From assembly GCA_051294375.1 (NCBI GenBank), contig CM119270.1:12492688-12556687 (forward strand): a DNA stretch of 64,000 nucleotides, in the 5' to 3' direction. The notes under the pieces were generated by a model. The model ran no database searches, was not told the origin of the DNA, and saw only the letters and a program-made list of their open reading frames with translations. Below, piece after piece: positions 50,221-64,000 of the stretch. Origin of the DNA: Paraspadella gotoi (lineage: Eukaryota > Animalia > Chaetognatha). Numbering within the stretch: position 1 is the first letter of the stretch; each line of letters starts with the position of its first letter. The position numbers and the translations under genes are program-made.

Positions 50221-53200
50221 AAACCAAAGTCTTCTTTTCATGAAACTCTCAGTGGGTCTGTCGTGAGTAAGAGGAGACCATTTAAACACCAATTACAAAA
50301 CGTATAAACATTTTCATGCTCAAGTGAATTCTTCTAATTCTTTTACTTTGGCTTGACACACAAAAGTGGGCATTCGTGAGGAGAAAGAAATTTTATTATT
50401 ATTATATTTAACTTACCGGCCGTCATCTTTATCTTCTTAACCAACCCAATGCTTTTCGTTTTAGCAATAAATCAAATACGTGTTTTGACCTTCTGACCTT
50501 TCTTTCTTCCCAAAGATTCTCTCACATTCTTTTCTCCTTCTCTTCTAGACTTCCACCTTTCAATCACTCCGCCCATTATTCCACCCAATTTTAAACCTTC
50601 ACCCTTCGACGTTCCAATGACTCAACCCAACGCTTCGTTCAATTACCTAACTCAACTAAAAAGCGAAGATCGCATGGACCGACGCCAACCTAACCGTCAT
50701 TTTCAAACTTGAATCCTCAATTCAAATTTCTCAACTTATCTTGCCCCTCCTAAAACGACTTAAACCCTTACCCACACCACCGTTTCAAACATCAGATGGT
50801 ATCCAGTTTATCCACCTCTTTCCTGGATACGATAACCATTTGCCCTCACCTTTGAAACAGACCAGCAAAAACTTACCTCTTCCTCCTGTCCCGATCTTGA
50901 TCCGGCAAACCGCGCCATGCCCTCCCTTTCCTCCACGACGAGTTCCATCTCGTCCGTCGTCTCTTCGTCTGTGCTAGTTGAGAAGAGAAGGGCGCTTGCG
51001 TTGGATCGGCAGCGTAAAATCGGAGAGGAAATGTCCTCCGCCCCTAGAAAAAACAAAGGGGAGAAAATAAAATGAATAAAAAAAAGGACAAAAACAAATG
51101 GAACGAGTCGCGCTAAGAGAAAAGACGTGTGACACCCGACCGAGCCTTTTCTGTTGACATTAATTATCAGGATTTGATTCGTTTGACGAGGAGGAGGAGA
51201 ACGAGAGAGAAGAGAGGGGAGAAGAGGAGAGAGAAAGAAAAAAAAAAGACATTAATTTGATTTTATCTAACGATGAGAAAAGACAAAAGGAGACAACCAA
51301 TTCGAAGCAAAACGTAGCCGACAGAGTTTGTACAGATATTGAACGTTCAACTAACGACCATCGTTATTCTGCCGAAAAAAAAAAAAAAGAAAAAGCAAGG
51401 AAGGAAAAAAAAGAAGAAAAATATTATCTATTTTTTATTTTTGAAAGGTCATAGATGATGATGATTTATTATCGTTGCAATGAGATTTAAAAAAAAAAAA
51501 AAAAAGAAAAAATTTGAGCCACTGTTGCGAACAGTTCGAATGAACAAAGTTGACGCGGACAATGGATAATGTATCACGGATTGGGAGAATAACTTACGCA
51601 GGCCGTTAAGAATCACGCGAGGAAAACATTAATCCGAAAAAAAGTGAATTCCATAATTCATCATTTTTTACTGATTATCTTTTGAAATCATGCTGAGGCC
51701 ATTTAAAGCAGCGCCTCACTGACTGCAGCGGAATCGAAGGGAAACTGTCCTCCGCTAGTCGGCTGAGAGAGAGAAGAGAGATGATGAGTACGTTAAAAAA
51801 ACAAAAGGTCGTCGACGAACGACACAGTTAATGATTTTAATTATTGACGCTAACGAGAGAAGAGGCCAAAGAAAGAGAGAAAGAAAAAAGAAAAGAAAAA
51901 GAAAAGAGAAGAAGCGAATGAAAGAAAGGATAAGAGAAGAGACTGGGGGAATGATTGGTTGACGACTGGCAATGAGAGAAAAAAGGGTGAGGTTAGGAAA
52001 AAAAACAAGAAAAAAAGGGCAATGAAGAAAAAAAATTAGGGAGAAGAATCAATCGGAGGAAAGAAAAGAAGACGAGAGCAATGAAGAGGAAATGGAAGGA
52101 AGGAAAAGAAAAGAGGGAGAAAAAGAAAAAAAAAAGGGAGAAAAGAAAAAGAATATGACGGGAGAAAAGAAAAGGGCGAAAGAAATAATGCAATAGTAAA
52201 AAACAGTATTAAAAACCATACAAAACAAAAAAAAAAAAGGAAAAATTTAAAACATGTGATATAAAACTATAAAAAACTATAAACTTGTGGGGGCGAAAAT
52301 AAGATATTTTTATAGAAAGACAAAAAAGTTGATGAGCAAAATATGAAATTGGAACCTAGCAAAACCAGATGGAAGATTCTGAGACAATGACGACGTCGTA
52401 ACCGGATGACACTCATAATTGAAACAAGACGACGACGACCGACGACGACGACGAACGCTCAATTTATGTAACCTCGTAACAAATTCACCGCTCAAGTCAC
52501 GCGGCGAAAGAAATCCCTTATTATCCTGCCTGAATAATTCAAGAATAAAAAATAACAAAGCAAAACTTTGAACGATGTATACGAGGGTCTCGCTGTTATA
52601 TGCAATCATTAACTAAAACGATTTCGCTTGCTCGTCGTTGGGGCAAGAAAGTAAGATACAGAAAGAAAAATTTAAACGCGCTCAATTTTCTGGGGGAAAA
52701 AACGGGAATAATGTGGTCGGGGTTTTTTCTTTTATTACGCTTTCCCTTTTCTGCTTCTTTTCTTTTGGTATTTCGTTTATTGTCTGTCTTAAGCCTTATG
52801 TTTTTCTTTTTCTTTTTTTTGGTTTCCTTCTTTTTTTAACGCTTCTTTTTTAGGTCGTATTTTCTTTCTTTCTTTCTTTCTTCTTTCTTTCTTTCTTTCT
52901 TTCTTCTTTCTTTCTTTCTTCTTTCTTTCTTCTTTCTTTTTTCCTTCCTTTCTTTTCTTTCTTTCTTTTTCTTTCTTTTTTTCCTTCCTCTTTTCTTTCT
53001 TCTTTCTTTATTTCCCCTCCTTCTTCAGCGCACATTCTCACCTTTTTATTCTTATTTTTTAACCTTTCCTTTTTTTAAATCTTTCTTATTTTCTTCTTTT
53101 AGATGACTTTTCCTTTATTTTTCCTTCCCTCCACTTTCATCCAATTTTCATTCATCTTCGCATTTATTTTCTTGTCTCAATTCTTTTTTATTTTCTTCAT

Positions 53201-56007
53201 TTGTTTCCTGTATATTATTTTATTGCCTCTAGGTTATTTTCTATATTGCATTGCCTACTATTTTCTTTCTAATTTTGTTCTGATTCTTTTTTTTGGGGAA
53301 TATTCTCCTAATCCAATTCATTTTTTTTTCATTTCCTGTTCCCTTTCCCTCACCTTTTCTTATACTTTTCATTCAAATCAAATTTTCCCCATTTATTTTT
53401 ATTTTTCCTACCTCCCTTTTATTACCTTTTTTTTCGTTTACCAACCCAACTTTCTTCATTTCTTCTTATCCCTCCGAGAATCTTCGCTATAAAGCAGAGA
53501 TAACGGCGCCGTGTTCGTCGTCGTTTGTCGTCGTCCGTCGTCGTCGTCGTCGTCGGAATGAATAACAAACAAAGGATAAGAAACACCTTTCTGTCCCTCG
53601 GATTTATGACGGCGTTGGCCGCCTAATGCGAAAGTCTTGTACAGTAAAGTCAGTTTATGTTAAACAAATCCGCGTTTTTATCGCCGCACGAAAAGACGGA
53701 AAAGCGAACCATTACTAACCGCATTAGGACGAAATATGCCTTCGATGTTTTTTTCCCTTTTTTTTCACTTGTTTTTTTTTGTTTTTTGTTTTTTTTTTTT
53801 TTTTCTCCTTCCCCCCCTCTTACCCGAGCTCTTCTATATTTCTTTTCTCTTGATCTTTTTTTTCTTTTTTGACATTTTCCTTCGTCTTTCTGTTCATTTT
53901 GTCATTTTCTCATTGTTTACTCACATTTTTTTCTCCGATTTGTTATCACGACATCAACGTTATAGATAGAACAATAATTTCGTTTGTATTCGATTCTCTG
54001 ACAGACATAAAAAAAAGAGGCAATGAAATGAAATGACTGCAACGTCGACCGAGAAACTCCTCTTTCTGCAATTTCTGCAATGTTCATTCCATATTCGTCC
54101 CTTCGGGTTTAATAAATTCTAATATTTTGTTTGGTTCGCTTTTTCTTTCTTTTTATTTTTGTTTCGCATCGCTGAGAGACGACGACAGAAACAGCAAGAA
54201 GGAAAAATAGTGATCATAACGACAACAACGAGACCGAGCACAACATCATCGTCATCAACAACACCAATCATTACAAGCTCAGCGGTTCATGGTCGGGAAG
54301 AGAGGTCGCGACGACAACGGCGAAGACGACGACAAAGAAGACGACGAAGACGACGACGACGACATGATCAGTAAACCAAAAATGGCACGGAATACGATAA
54401 CAACCGTAAACAAAGACGAATATGGCAAAAGCCGATGGCAATAACAGGAAGGGGACAAATTGAAAGACCGAGAAGGAATGAAACTCGTACATACTTAATG
54501 GGGAAAGGGTGGCAACAATGACGACAAACGCCATGGAAGCAACAATTGCGACCCCAAGAAACGTAAACAATAACTACAACCGCCCAAAATAAACAATAAC
54601 AACAACGACAAATCAAACCACAATGCTCTTTACTCAGATCATGGCTTGGGAAAGGTCGTCCGCAGAAACTGTTCCCCGTCGAAGTGACGGTGGACGCCGG
54701 CGGCGGGACTGATGACGCTCGTCGTCGTCACGAACAAAAGACAGCGATGGAGAGGACGGAGAGGAGGAGGAGGAGGAGGAGGATGAGGAGGATCTGCAGG
54801 AGATGGAGTCGAAGGGTTTAAAGCTCCTTCGGAGACTGTTTACGATTAGAGCCGAAGAAGTGGAGCGGATAGAGGATGAGGAGCAGCAACTGGGGCGGCT
54901 GGAAACGAAGGGAGAGGAGCGACTGGATTCGCTCGTGCGAAAGTGGGCGTGGCAAGAACATCGAGGGTGAACATCGAAGGAGCACGAGACGAAGGAGATG
55001 AGAAGAGGGTTGGAGGTGGGAGGATGAAGAATCGGGATCAGGGAAAGAGAATCGGGGATCGGGATCGAAATCGGGGATTTAGGGTATCGAGACTCGATTC
55101 CATTCCGCGATCGAATTCGAATCTTTCGATCCATCCTCGTTGAGTGACGACGACGCCGTCGTCGTTGTAGCCTCGTCGCGTCGTCGACGCCCCATCGATT
55201 TTTTCGCGCCGCCGACGCCGGGCGGCGCAGAGTCATCGAACAGTAGGCGTGCCGGGGCGACGCCGCGGGAGACGACGCCGTCTCCCTCGGCGCCTTGGGT
55301 CAACGCCTGGAATAGCGCCGCGTTTTGACGCCGAGTATCTGGCAGCGACTCTATTTCGAGCAACGCTTCGCGGCGCGACGCCGTTCCGGGAGACGAGGTT
55401 CGAAGCGACGACCCGACTGGCAATGCCACTCCGGGCAATGCCATTTCGAGCGGCGCCATTTGGGTGCCGGCTCCATTTTCCTCTTTCTTCCCCTCCCGAA
55501 TTTTTTTTCCTTTTTTTTTTTTTTCTTTTTTTTTCTCTTCGGTTTTTGTCGATCGACTTTTCAGTCGATGAAGAAAAATGTAGAGGGCGGAGAAATCCTT
55601 TGAAGCTTGCCCATTTCGGGAGAAGATGAATTTGTTGTTTACATTATTTTGTTTGTTACATTCCTTGTTTGTTTTGGTAAGGGCCGTTTTTTTTATACTG
55701 CTGTTTAATTTGAAAAAAAAAAACCACAATTTTAGAAATTTAGTATTCCGATTTCGATTTCTGGTTTTTTAAAATAAAATGGCGAAATTTAAACCATTTC
55801 TGGGTGAAATATCTGATACATATATCTTTACCACATATCCGCCGAAATTTAACGGGACAAAAAAAAACCAGCGTTTGCATGACGCGTATCCGGCGGCGTC
55901 CCTTTTCCCCTCTGCAAGCGAGACGCAAAACATAAAAACCGAAAAAAATAAATTAATTTCGCTGAGACGCAATTTTTCATCCAAGGCTGAAGGAGAGTCA
56001 TCTCTTC

Positions 56008-56038
<31 letters not shown>

Positions 56039-56448
56039 CGACGACGACGACGATGAATTTTTTTTTTCGGAATAAAAAATAAATAAAATAAAATGACGTT
56101 TTCTTGAAAAAAAAAATGTGGAGAAATCCAGAAAAAACGAGGAATTCCTGTCGAAAAAAATTTTATGGAAGGAAAAAAAAAAGGTCGTTACTACTCGTTA
56201 TTCACGTCGTCGTCGTCCGTCGTTCATCATCATCTTCGTCGACGTCGTCGTAGTCATAGTATCGGTTGGCATCGTCGTCGTCGTCGTCGTCAGCGACGTA
56301 ACATCGTCGCGTTATCATCACCGGCCACCGCAGGTTTCGCGTGCGCTCGCACGCACATCGGTAGAAATGATAAATCGAGACGAAAAAAAAATCTATGGGA
56401 TCCCCGATTTGTTGTGCGCGTCGTCAGCGGAGCGGCGGCGGCGGAGCG
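50221..56448 (-). pseudogene. Indel-ridden tandem copy of about 44288-50219 (two neurexin exons plus introns); probably an assembly duplicate
   Basis: caaagtcttc...catgaaa at about 44290 recurs at about 50225. Error density is highest at the start of the copy and declines along it, and the duplicated exons (about 50878-51043 and about 54633-55476) are frameshifted. Confidence 0.85.
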
Positions 56449-56864
56449 GAGGCGGTGTCGGCTGCGGCGGCGGCGGCAGCGCACCGACAATAAAACGAAT
56501 ATAGAGTGGAAAAAAAAGTCCAGGGAGACGAGGAATTCGGCTGTCAGATCAGAGGAGAGAGAGAGAGAGAGAGAGAAGGAGAGAGAGAAGTGAGAGAGAG
56601 AGAGAGAGGTTTGCGTGTGTGTACAAAAAAAAACAGTTAAGTATAGATTTTATGAGGTCTCAGTTCTTGATATTCATTTTTTTATATAAAGAAGCGAGTG
56701 ATGAGAAAATCATTTTCAACGCAAGTCCAATGCCTGGACGGCGAAAAAAGGATTTGTTACTTGACGAATAATAAAAATGTTGATTAATTTGGAAACGAGA
56801 TAGAGCAAGGGAGATAGAGAGAGAAAGAAAAAAGAAGAGAGGAGGAGAGAGAGAGAGAGAGAAT

Positions 56865-56902
<38 letters not shown>

Positions 56903-57202
56903 GAGAGAGAGAGAGAGAAGGAAAGAGTGTTAGACTGGCGATTGTAATACGTGGAAGAAACAGATTCTGGAGCTCGAGAGCGAGGACAGAGATGAGGAGG
57001 AACACGGCGACGCGTCGAAAGGAGGAGGAGGAAGAGCGAGCCGAACGGAAGAGGAAGGGAAAGGGAAAGTGGAGAGCAGATGAGAGAGAAGAGAGAGAGA
57101 GAGAGAGAGATGGAGAGAGGAGAGAGAGAGAGAGAGAGACTCTGGGAGGAAGGAGAGATTATGACGGTGAGAAAGGAAGAGGAAGGAGAGAGAGAGAGAG
57201 AA

Positions 57203-57233
<31 letters not shown>

Positions 57234-57241
57234 GAGAGAGA

Positions 57242-57273
<32 letters not shown>

Positions 57274-57356
57274 CAGGAGCGAGGTAGGTCGACTGTCGAC
57301 GAATTAAATTCCCGTCGAAGGACGCAGGGAGAGTGAACAGAGTTGCGTATTTTTTT

Positions 57357-57424
<68 letters not shown>

Positions 57425-57596
57425 TTCTCCTCTCTCTCCTCTCTCTCTCACCTTCCCCCTCCTCCCCACNNNNNNNNNNNNNNNNNNNNNNNNNGAGGCG
57501 GTGTCGGCTGCGGCGGCGGCGGCAGCGGCACCGACAATAAAACGAAATATAGAGTGGAAAAAAAAAGTCCAGGGAGACGAGGAATTCGGCTGTCAG

Positions 57597-57665
<69 letters not shown>

Positions 57666-57880
57666 TTGTACAAAAAAAAAACAGTTAAGTATAGATTTTA
57701 TGAGGTCCTCAGTTCTTGATATTCATTTTTTTATTATAAAGAAGCGAGTGATGAGAAAATCATTTTCAACGCAAGTCCAATGCCTGGACGGCGAAAAAAG
57801 GATTGTTTACTGACGAATAATAAAAATGTTGATTAATTGAAAACGAGATAGAGCAAGGGAGATAGAGAGAGAAAGAAAAA

Positions 57881-57960
<80 letters not shown>

Positions 57961-58119
57961 AGAGAAGGAAAGAGTGTTAGACTGGCGATTGTAATACGTG
58001 GAGAAACAGATTCTGGAGCTCGAGAGCGAGACAGAGATGAGGAGGAACACGCGACGCGTCGAAAGGAGGAGGAGGAAAGAGCGAGCCAACGGAAGAGGAA
58101 GGGAAAAGGAAGTGGAGAG
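56449..58119. repeat. Direct duplication 56449-57078 / 57495-58119 across an N-gap
   Basis: gaggcggtgtcggctgcggc... starts both copies, and the second begins immediately after the gap at 57470-57494. Confidence 0.85.
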
Positions 58120-59492
58120 ATGCAGACGTTTGATGAGATGAAGATAGAGTAGTGAGAGGATTGTATGGAGATGAGATAACTCCAACGATTCTACATTGGT
58201 GGACCCTTTTGCCACCATTCACCGACATGTGATGATTGATTCCAAAGTTGACTCTTTTAGATTTGAGATTTTCGCCCGGTAATCCTCGACAATTTGTCAA
58301 GGATTTATCCATCTTCCTTCTCTATCATGCTGCTCACAGATGCGGCTCATATAAGAGTCTCCATCGTAGTCGATGTTTTTTTAGTCGTCGCTTACTCGTC
58401 TTACTTTTTTTTCGCCGAATGATTAGCGTTTGGAGGAAAAAGATAAGGAATTAAAGGTGCGAGCGAGAGTGAGACAGAGACGGCATAACGAAAATCGAGA
58501 GGACATATAACGAAACGGTGGAGTTAGGAGAATGAGACGAGGAAATGTAAATTGGACGATTCGGAATTAATATTTATATTTTTTTTAAGTTAAGAGAGAA
58601 AGTGGAGAAAGAATGAGTGAGAAAATTCCATCTCCACATTTCTGATGATCCATTTTTCTCCGCCGCAAATTAATTGACTTTTTTACGCAATGTTGTATTT
58701 TTTTTACGAAAGCTAAAAAAAATACGAATTATACAATATTAATAAGAAAAAGCCCAAAACAATCTCCCCCCCCTTCCACGCGCCGGCGTGAGCCAGTGAA
58801 TCGTTTGAGAGGCTTCCGCTTCACAATCACCCGTAATCAATCTGAATCTCCATTCATCTCCGAGAAGGAAAAGCGTAAACATAAAGACAGAAAGACAGAG
58901 AGACCAGAGAGACAGAGAGACAGAGAGACAGGGCCGCTCGTTTCTCGTCTCGAACGCCTCGAGTTACGAATATAAATCGACAACCATTTTCGAGCGTCGA
59001 CCTTCGGACGGCTTTTTTTTCGTTCCCTGTTTTGATGGTCAGAGTATTTAATAAATCTGTCAACGTCTTTTATGCAATATCATTTAGGCGTCTTTATGCT
59101 GTTTAATAATTCTGTCGCTCCGTAGTTAACGTCTTTTAAACAGCTTTTTGCGGCTCACTGTTTGAAATCTGTCGATATCTTTCCTTCAATGACCTTTAAA
59201 CAGCTTTTTGTCGGTCAGAGCTTTCGATAAAAGTGTAAATATCGTTAATGCATTGTCGGTGTCATTAAATATCATTTTAAGTGTCTCACCGTTTCTAGAG
59301 ACGGAATTTTAAATCATTTTGTAAACACGTAAGAAAATCATTTTAGGCAAATTCTAATTTCAATTTTCAAATTTCTATCTCTCAAATTTCAATTTTCAAA
59401 TTAATTTAATTCAATTTGTTAATTATTTTTAGTCATAATATTTAAAGTTTCTATTTATCTCTGTTGTATATTAATCAAATTGATTACAAGAA

Positions 59493-59591
<99 letters not shown>

Positions 59592-60667
59592 TCACTTACT
59601 CTCTTTGACCAAATTTCACTTCTTTTCACAACTTACTCAATCTGGCCTTATCTAAAATCTGTCCTCACCACCAATCACTGTCTTTCTCAATTCTTTGTTG
59701 GAAACTTTGAACTTTCTCTCTCTCTCTCACACTCTCAGACTTTTCGTTAACACAACAATTTTTCTGAACATTCAAACTGTCTCAAGCCCTGATTAAGACG
59801 AGTCAAATTATGTCTGCTAATTAAAAATAAAAATCGTTGTTCACAAATATACTAAATTCTTTGTAAGGCAAATTCAAATAAGTTAATTACTGTTATCTCT
59901 TCTTAGTTATTATTTAATATTCATACTCTCAAATCAACATTTAAATCATATTCGGAAAAATATTTTCCTGTCTAATCTACTGTAACTTACATTATCAAGA
60001 TTAGTAATCATAATCGCGAATGTATATTTTTCCAAAATCTCCAAAGTCATTATTCTCTTCCGAAGTGGCCTTTCATGTCAAAGCATATATTGCTTCGCCT
60101 AGACGCCCGTCTCCGTTTCCTAAGGAGAGAGAGAGAGAGATAGAGAGAGAGAGGGAGAGGGAAAAGGAAAGATACGAAAATAACTTTGGGGTAACGTGCC
60201 TTCATTTCCTTTACTGCTCAATAAGAATACGGCTTCTTTCTTCTTTTTTATTTCTTTTCTTTTTTCCTTTTCTGTTTTTTTTCCTCCCTTTCTCGTTACC
60301 TACAGCATCCCGCTTTTTTACGACTTCTCTCTTTCTCTCGGCTTCTCCACTTTCCCATTCCTCGTGGTAACTTACTTTTTTCTCAAATCTTTTCTTTGAC
60401 TTTCCTGGTAATACAACTTGTATGAGCTGTTTTACTTTTTTAGAGAGAAAAGCATCTTGTTTTGCTCACCGTTTTCGTTTAATGTTTTTTTTTCCTTCCA
60501 TGTTTTTCCCTTAAGTTTTTTTCCTGCCTTTTTTCTTAGCCTTAAATCTTTGATGGCGTCATTCATCCATCCTCCTACAGGTTTATTGAATCAGCAATGT
60601 TCGTCTTCATTGCCACATCACGCCATTTAAATCTGTTCATCCCATTCAAAGACAATTTACCTGCCAC

Positions 60668-61289
60668 ACCCCATCCCACCTCACCTTCTCCCATCCCATC
60701 CCACCTCACCTCCTCCCATCTCATCCCAGCTCACCTCCTCCCATCCCATTCCAGAATCTCCTATCTCACCTTACTTATTCCCATNNNNNNNNNNNNNNNN
60801 NNNNNNNNNNNNNNNNNNNNNNNNNNNNNNNNNNNNNNNNNNNNNNNNNNNNNNNNNNAAAGAGAAGAGATGAGGTGAAGTGGGATGAGAATGGGGGAAG
60901 TGAAGTGGGATGAGATGGAAGAGGTTGAGGTGGGATGAGATGGGGGGAGGTGAGGTGGGATGAGAATGGAGGAGGTTGAGGTGGGATGAGAATGGGGAGA
61001 GTGAGGTGGGATGAGATGGAGGAGGTTTGAGGTGGGATAGATGGGGGAGGTGAGGTGGGATTGGATGGGATATTCCTGGATGGGATGGGATTAAGGTGAG
61101 CTGGGATGGGATGGGAGGAGATGAGGTGGATGGGATGGGAGATTCCTGATGGGATGGGAGTATAGGTGAGCTGGGATGAGATGGGACAGGGTGAGGTGGG
61201 ATGAAGAGATTCTGGAATGGATGGGAGGAGGTGAGCTGGGATGAGACTCACCTCCTACCATCTCATCCCCCCTCATCCCATCCCATCCA
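60668..61289. repeat. G-rich/C-rich minisatellite (GAGGTGGGATGAGATG-like units) with strand switches
   Basis: C-rich units before the gap (60668-60784), G-rich units at 60859-61245, and C-rich units again after about 61247. 60710-60760 is nearly the reverse complement of 61207-61245. Confidence 0.8.
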
Positions 61290-61770
61290 CAGTCATCAGA
61301 CGCATCCTTGCTTCGGCCGGTTCGACCTGTCTACGATTTAATAGCTTTTCCCCTCTTCCCTAAGCGCCCTGCCTAATAACGCAACTTTCAACCTGGCTTC
61401 TTACGACTCGTTTCCTCGAGTTTTATTTCCTCGTCCTTTTTTTTCTTTTTTTTTTCTCTCTATCTTTACCTCGATCCTTCCTTTCCTTTCCTCCCTCTTC
61501 CTCCTTATCTTTATATCCCCCGATTTTAAAACCAATTTTATTCACTTTTTTGAATTTTCACCCTCAACGCCCTCTCTCTCCCTACGTCCGAGCACGCGCG
61601 ATTTCACGCGACTTTAAATGACATAATTTATGTTTTGGCATCGCGCCACGCCCACTTCCGGGGCGGCGGGGCGACCTTGGAGCCCGTGCATATTTCATGA
61701 AGGCGTCGTCGTCGGAATCTCCCGGGCAACTACCTTTCTCTCTCGNNNNNNNNNNNNNNNNNNNNNNNNN

Positions 61771-62343
61771 TTTTAAATATTACAGGTCTTTTGTCCTCCC
61801 TTGTGTAAATGCCAATGTCTCCTTCTTTTTGACAGAATCTGCCACTCGGTCGTTCGCCTCTATCAACCGGTGAGCAGTTTTTGTTCAAGTGTGGCGACGT
61901 TCTCAGTCATCTTTTATCGATTTTATTTACATTTTATATTTAAGAATTATTCGTAAAACTTGGATCAGGTTGACGTTGACGTGTTTTTTTTACGCAAGGA
62001 AAATTCTAAAATTGATTTCTTCCTCAGACTTTCTTTTCCATTTCGGCCTCAATATATCCGTCATGTCATCTCGCGTCCTCTGATATGTTCATTTTCTCTC
62101 TCCTTCGCCTTGTCCATCTCTCCCTCCCTGTCATCTCCTCCTTTCCCTGTCTAGTCTGTCTTCTTCGTCTAATTCGTCTTCCGACTTTCGTCGTCTCTCC
62201 GCGGCTCGAATATCAAGAAAAAGGGAGAAAAAAATCCATTTTCCATTTCTCTTTTTTTTTCCCCGGAGTTTCCGGGCAGATTGAAGTCCGAAACCTCGAC
62301 GGAGCGGTCCGTCGGGCAAGAAGAGGAGAGAGAGAGAGAGGAG

Positions 62344-62397
<54 letters not shown>

Positions 62398-62933
62398 AGA
62401 GAGAGAGAAACGAGACGCTAGCGAGAGCGAAGAGAGAGGAGACGAAAAAAAAAAGAGAAAATGGAAAATGGATTTTTTTTTCTCCCTTTTTCTTTTTTAT
62501 ATTCGAGGCCGCGGAGAGACGACGAAAGTCGGGAAGACGATAGACGAAGAAGACAGACTAGACAGGGAAAGGAGGAGATGACAAGGGAAGGGAGAGATGA
62601 CAAGGGAAGGGAGAGAGAAAATGACATCAGAGACGCGAGATGACATGACGGGAGAATGAGGCGAAATGGGAAAAGAAAGTTCTGAGGAAGAAATCAATTT
62701 AGAATTTTCCTTGCGGTAAAAAAAAAAAACGTCAAACGTCAACCTGATCCAAGTTTTACGAATAATTCTTAAATATAAAATGTAAATAAAATCGATAAAA
62801 GATGAGAGAACGTCGCCACACTTGAACAAAACTGTCACCGGTTGATAGAGGCGAACGACCGAGTGGCGATTCTGTCAAAAAGAAGGAGATTGGCATTTAC
62901 ACAAGGGAGGACAAAGACCTGTAATATTTAAAA
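61771..62933. repeat. Large inverted repeat (arms about 490 bp, GA-rich spacer about 180 bp)
   Basis: ttttaaatattacaggtc...gtcctcccttgtgtaaatgccaat at 61771 is the reverse complement of the sequence ending at 62933. The arms differ mainly by small indels. Confidence 0.88.
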
Positions 62934-63453
62934 AGGAGGAAAAGGGGGGAAAAAGCAAGAATGACTTTGAACTTTTGAAGACGTAGAAATAGGGCAGACA
63001 TCGAAGGAAGAAGAGAACCGAAGAAGAGGAAAAGAAAATCTAAAATCGGGGAAAGAGGAAAGGAGGAAGGGGAAAAGGGGAAGGAGAATGGNNNNNNNNN
63101 NGGCGGAAAACCTTAAAAGTCTCGGCGAAGACTCGAACAAAGTCGCGATCTCCGATTTGTCTGCTTAACCGGAAGCCCACACTGCGGCGGCTGAGACAGC
63201 TGCGGCAACTGCGTCGCAACTGCGGCAACCACGGCTGCGGGAGTTGACCCCAGCGCCGCCATAAAAAAACAAACTGTTCGCGCCGAGGACGAAAAAGCAA
63301 ATCTTCTTCCCGGAGGCGGCGGCGGCGGCGTCGGCGGTGGCGGAAAAGGAAACAACCCGACGCCTGCAACTCGGATTGATGCAGCCAAAGTGCAATAAAA
63401 CGATTTCAAAACGCAAGACGCGTTCAGGCGAAATAAATAAAAGAACAAAGGAC

Positions 63454-63568
63454 GAAACTCGGAATCCAACTTAACCAACAGAAACTAGGAATCCAACTTA
63501 ACCAACAGAAACTCGGAATCCAACTTAACCAAAAGAAACTCGGAATCCAACTTAACCAACAGAAACTC
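63454..63568 (+). repeat. 27-bp tandem repeat, about 4.3 copies
   Basis: GAAACTCGGAATCCAACTTAACCAACA at 63454, 63481, 63508 and 63535, plus a partial copy, next to an N-gap. Confidence 0.92.
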
Positions 63569-64000
63569 CCAACAANNNNNNNNNNNNNNNNNNNNNNNNN
63601 NNNNNNNNNNNNNNNNNNNNNNNNNNNNNNNNNNNNNNNNNNNNNNNNNNNNNNNNNNNNNNNNNNNNNNNNNNNNNNNNNNNNNNNNNNNNNNNNNNNN
63701 NNNNNNNNNNNNNNNNNNNNNNNNNNNNNNNNNNNNNNNNNNNNNNNNNNNNNNNNNNNNNNNNNNNNNNNNNNNNNNNNNNNNNNNNNNNNNNNNNNNN
63801 NNNNNNNNNNNNNNNNNNNNNNNNNNNNNNNNNNNNNNNNNNNNNNNNNNNNNNNNNAAAAAAAAACGGCGCGGCGTCAACCCAAAGGATCAACTACTTC
63901 GCCACGAGACTATTTTTAACCGCGGCTTTACGTCTACCGGGCGAGATGCACGGTGAGGAAAAGAAAGAAAGAAAAAACCTCCCTCTACTCGCGAAACATT

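Noticed and set aside
56784-57719. ERER/SLSL ORFs here and at 4839-5108, 22637-22883, 28224-28610 and 43058-43246
   Set aside because: These are translations of (GA/CT)n microsatellites with no coding signal.
63454-63568. 27-bp repeats as a CRISPR array or as the ORF (LLVKLDSEF)n
   Set aside because: The units are directly adjacent with no unique spacers, the context is eukaryotic, and the ORF is open only because of the repeat and the N-gap.

Overview
Intron-rich animal (probably invertebrate) genomic DNA from a draft long-read assembly, with N-gaps, many (CT/GA)n microsatellites and several apparently uncollapsed duplications. I built four multi-exon genes by hand from GT-AG sites and phase continuity: an IQSEC/BRAG (schizo-like) Sec7-PH Arf-GEF (+, about 6071-21444, with an indel-ridden partial copy at 1-5811), a Dnz1/ZDHHC3/7-like DHHC palmitoyltransferase (-, 24391-26034), a PRRT3/4-like multi-pass membrane protein (+, 29846-34320) and a neurexin (-, 37225-49260). 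The most striking finding is a roughly 150-nt minus-strand element at 27005-27157: a tRNA-like Pol III head fused to a circularly permuted (type P5-like) twister self-cleaving ribozyme and a TTTT terminator. Also notable are a neurexin that appears to start at LNS4 behind its own leader and signal-like segment, three IQSEC 3' exons that are stop-free in all three frames, and a non-autonomous DNA transposon with an 8-bp target-site duplication. Family calls come from remembered motifs; no database searches were run.
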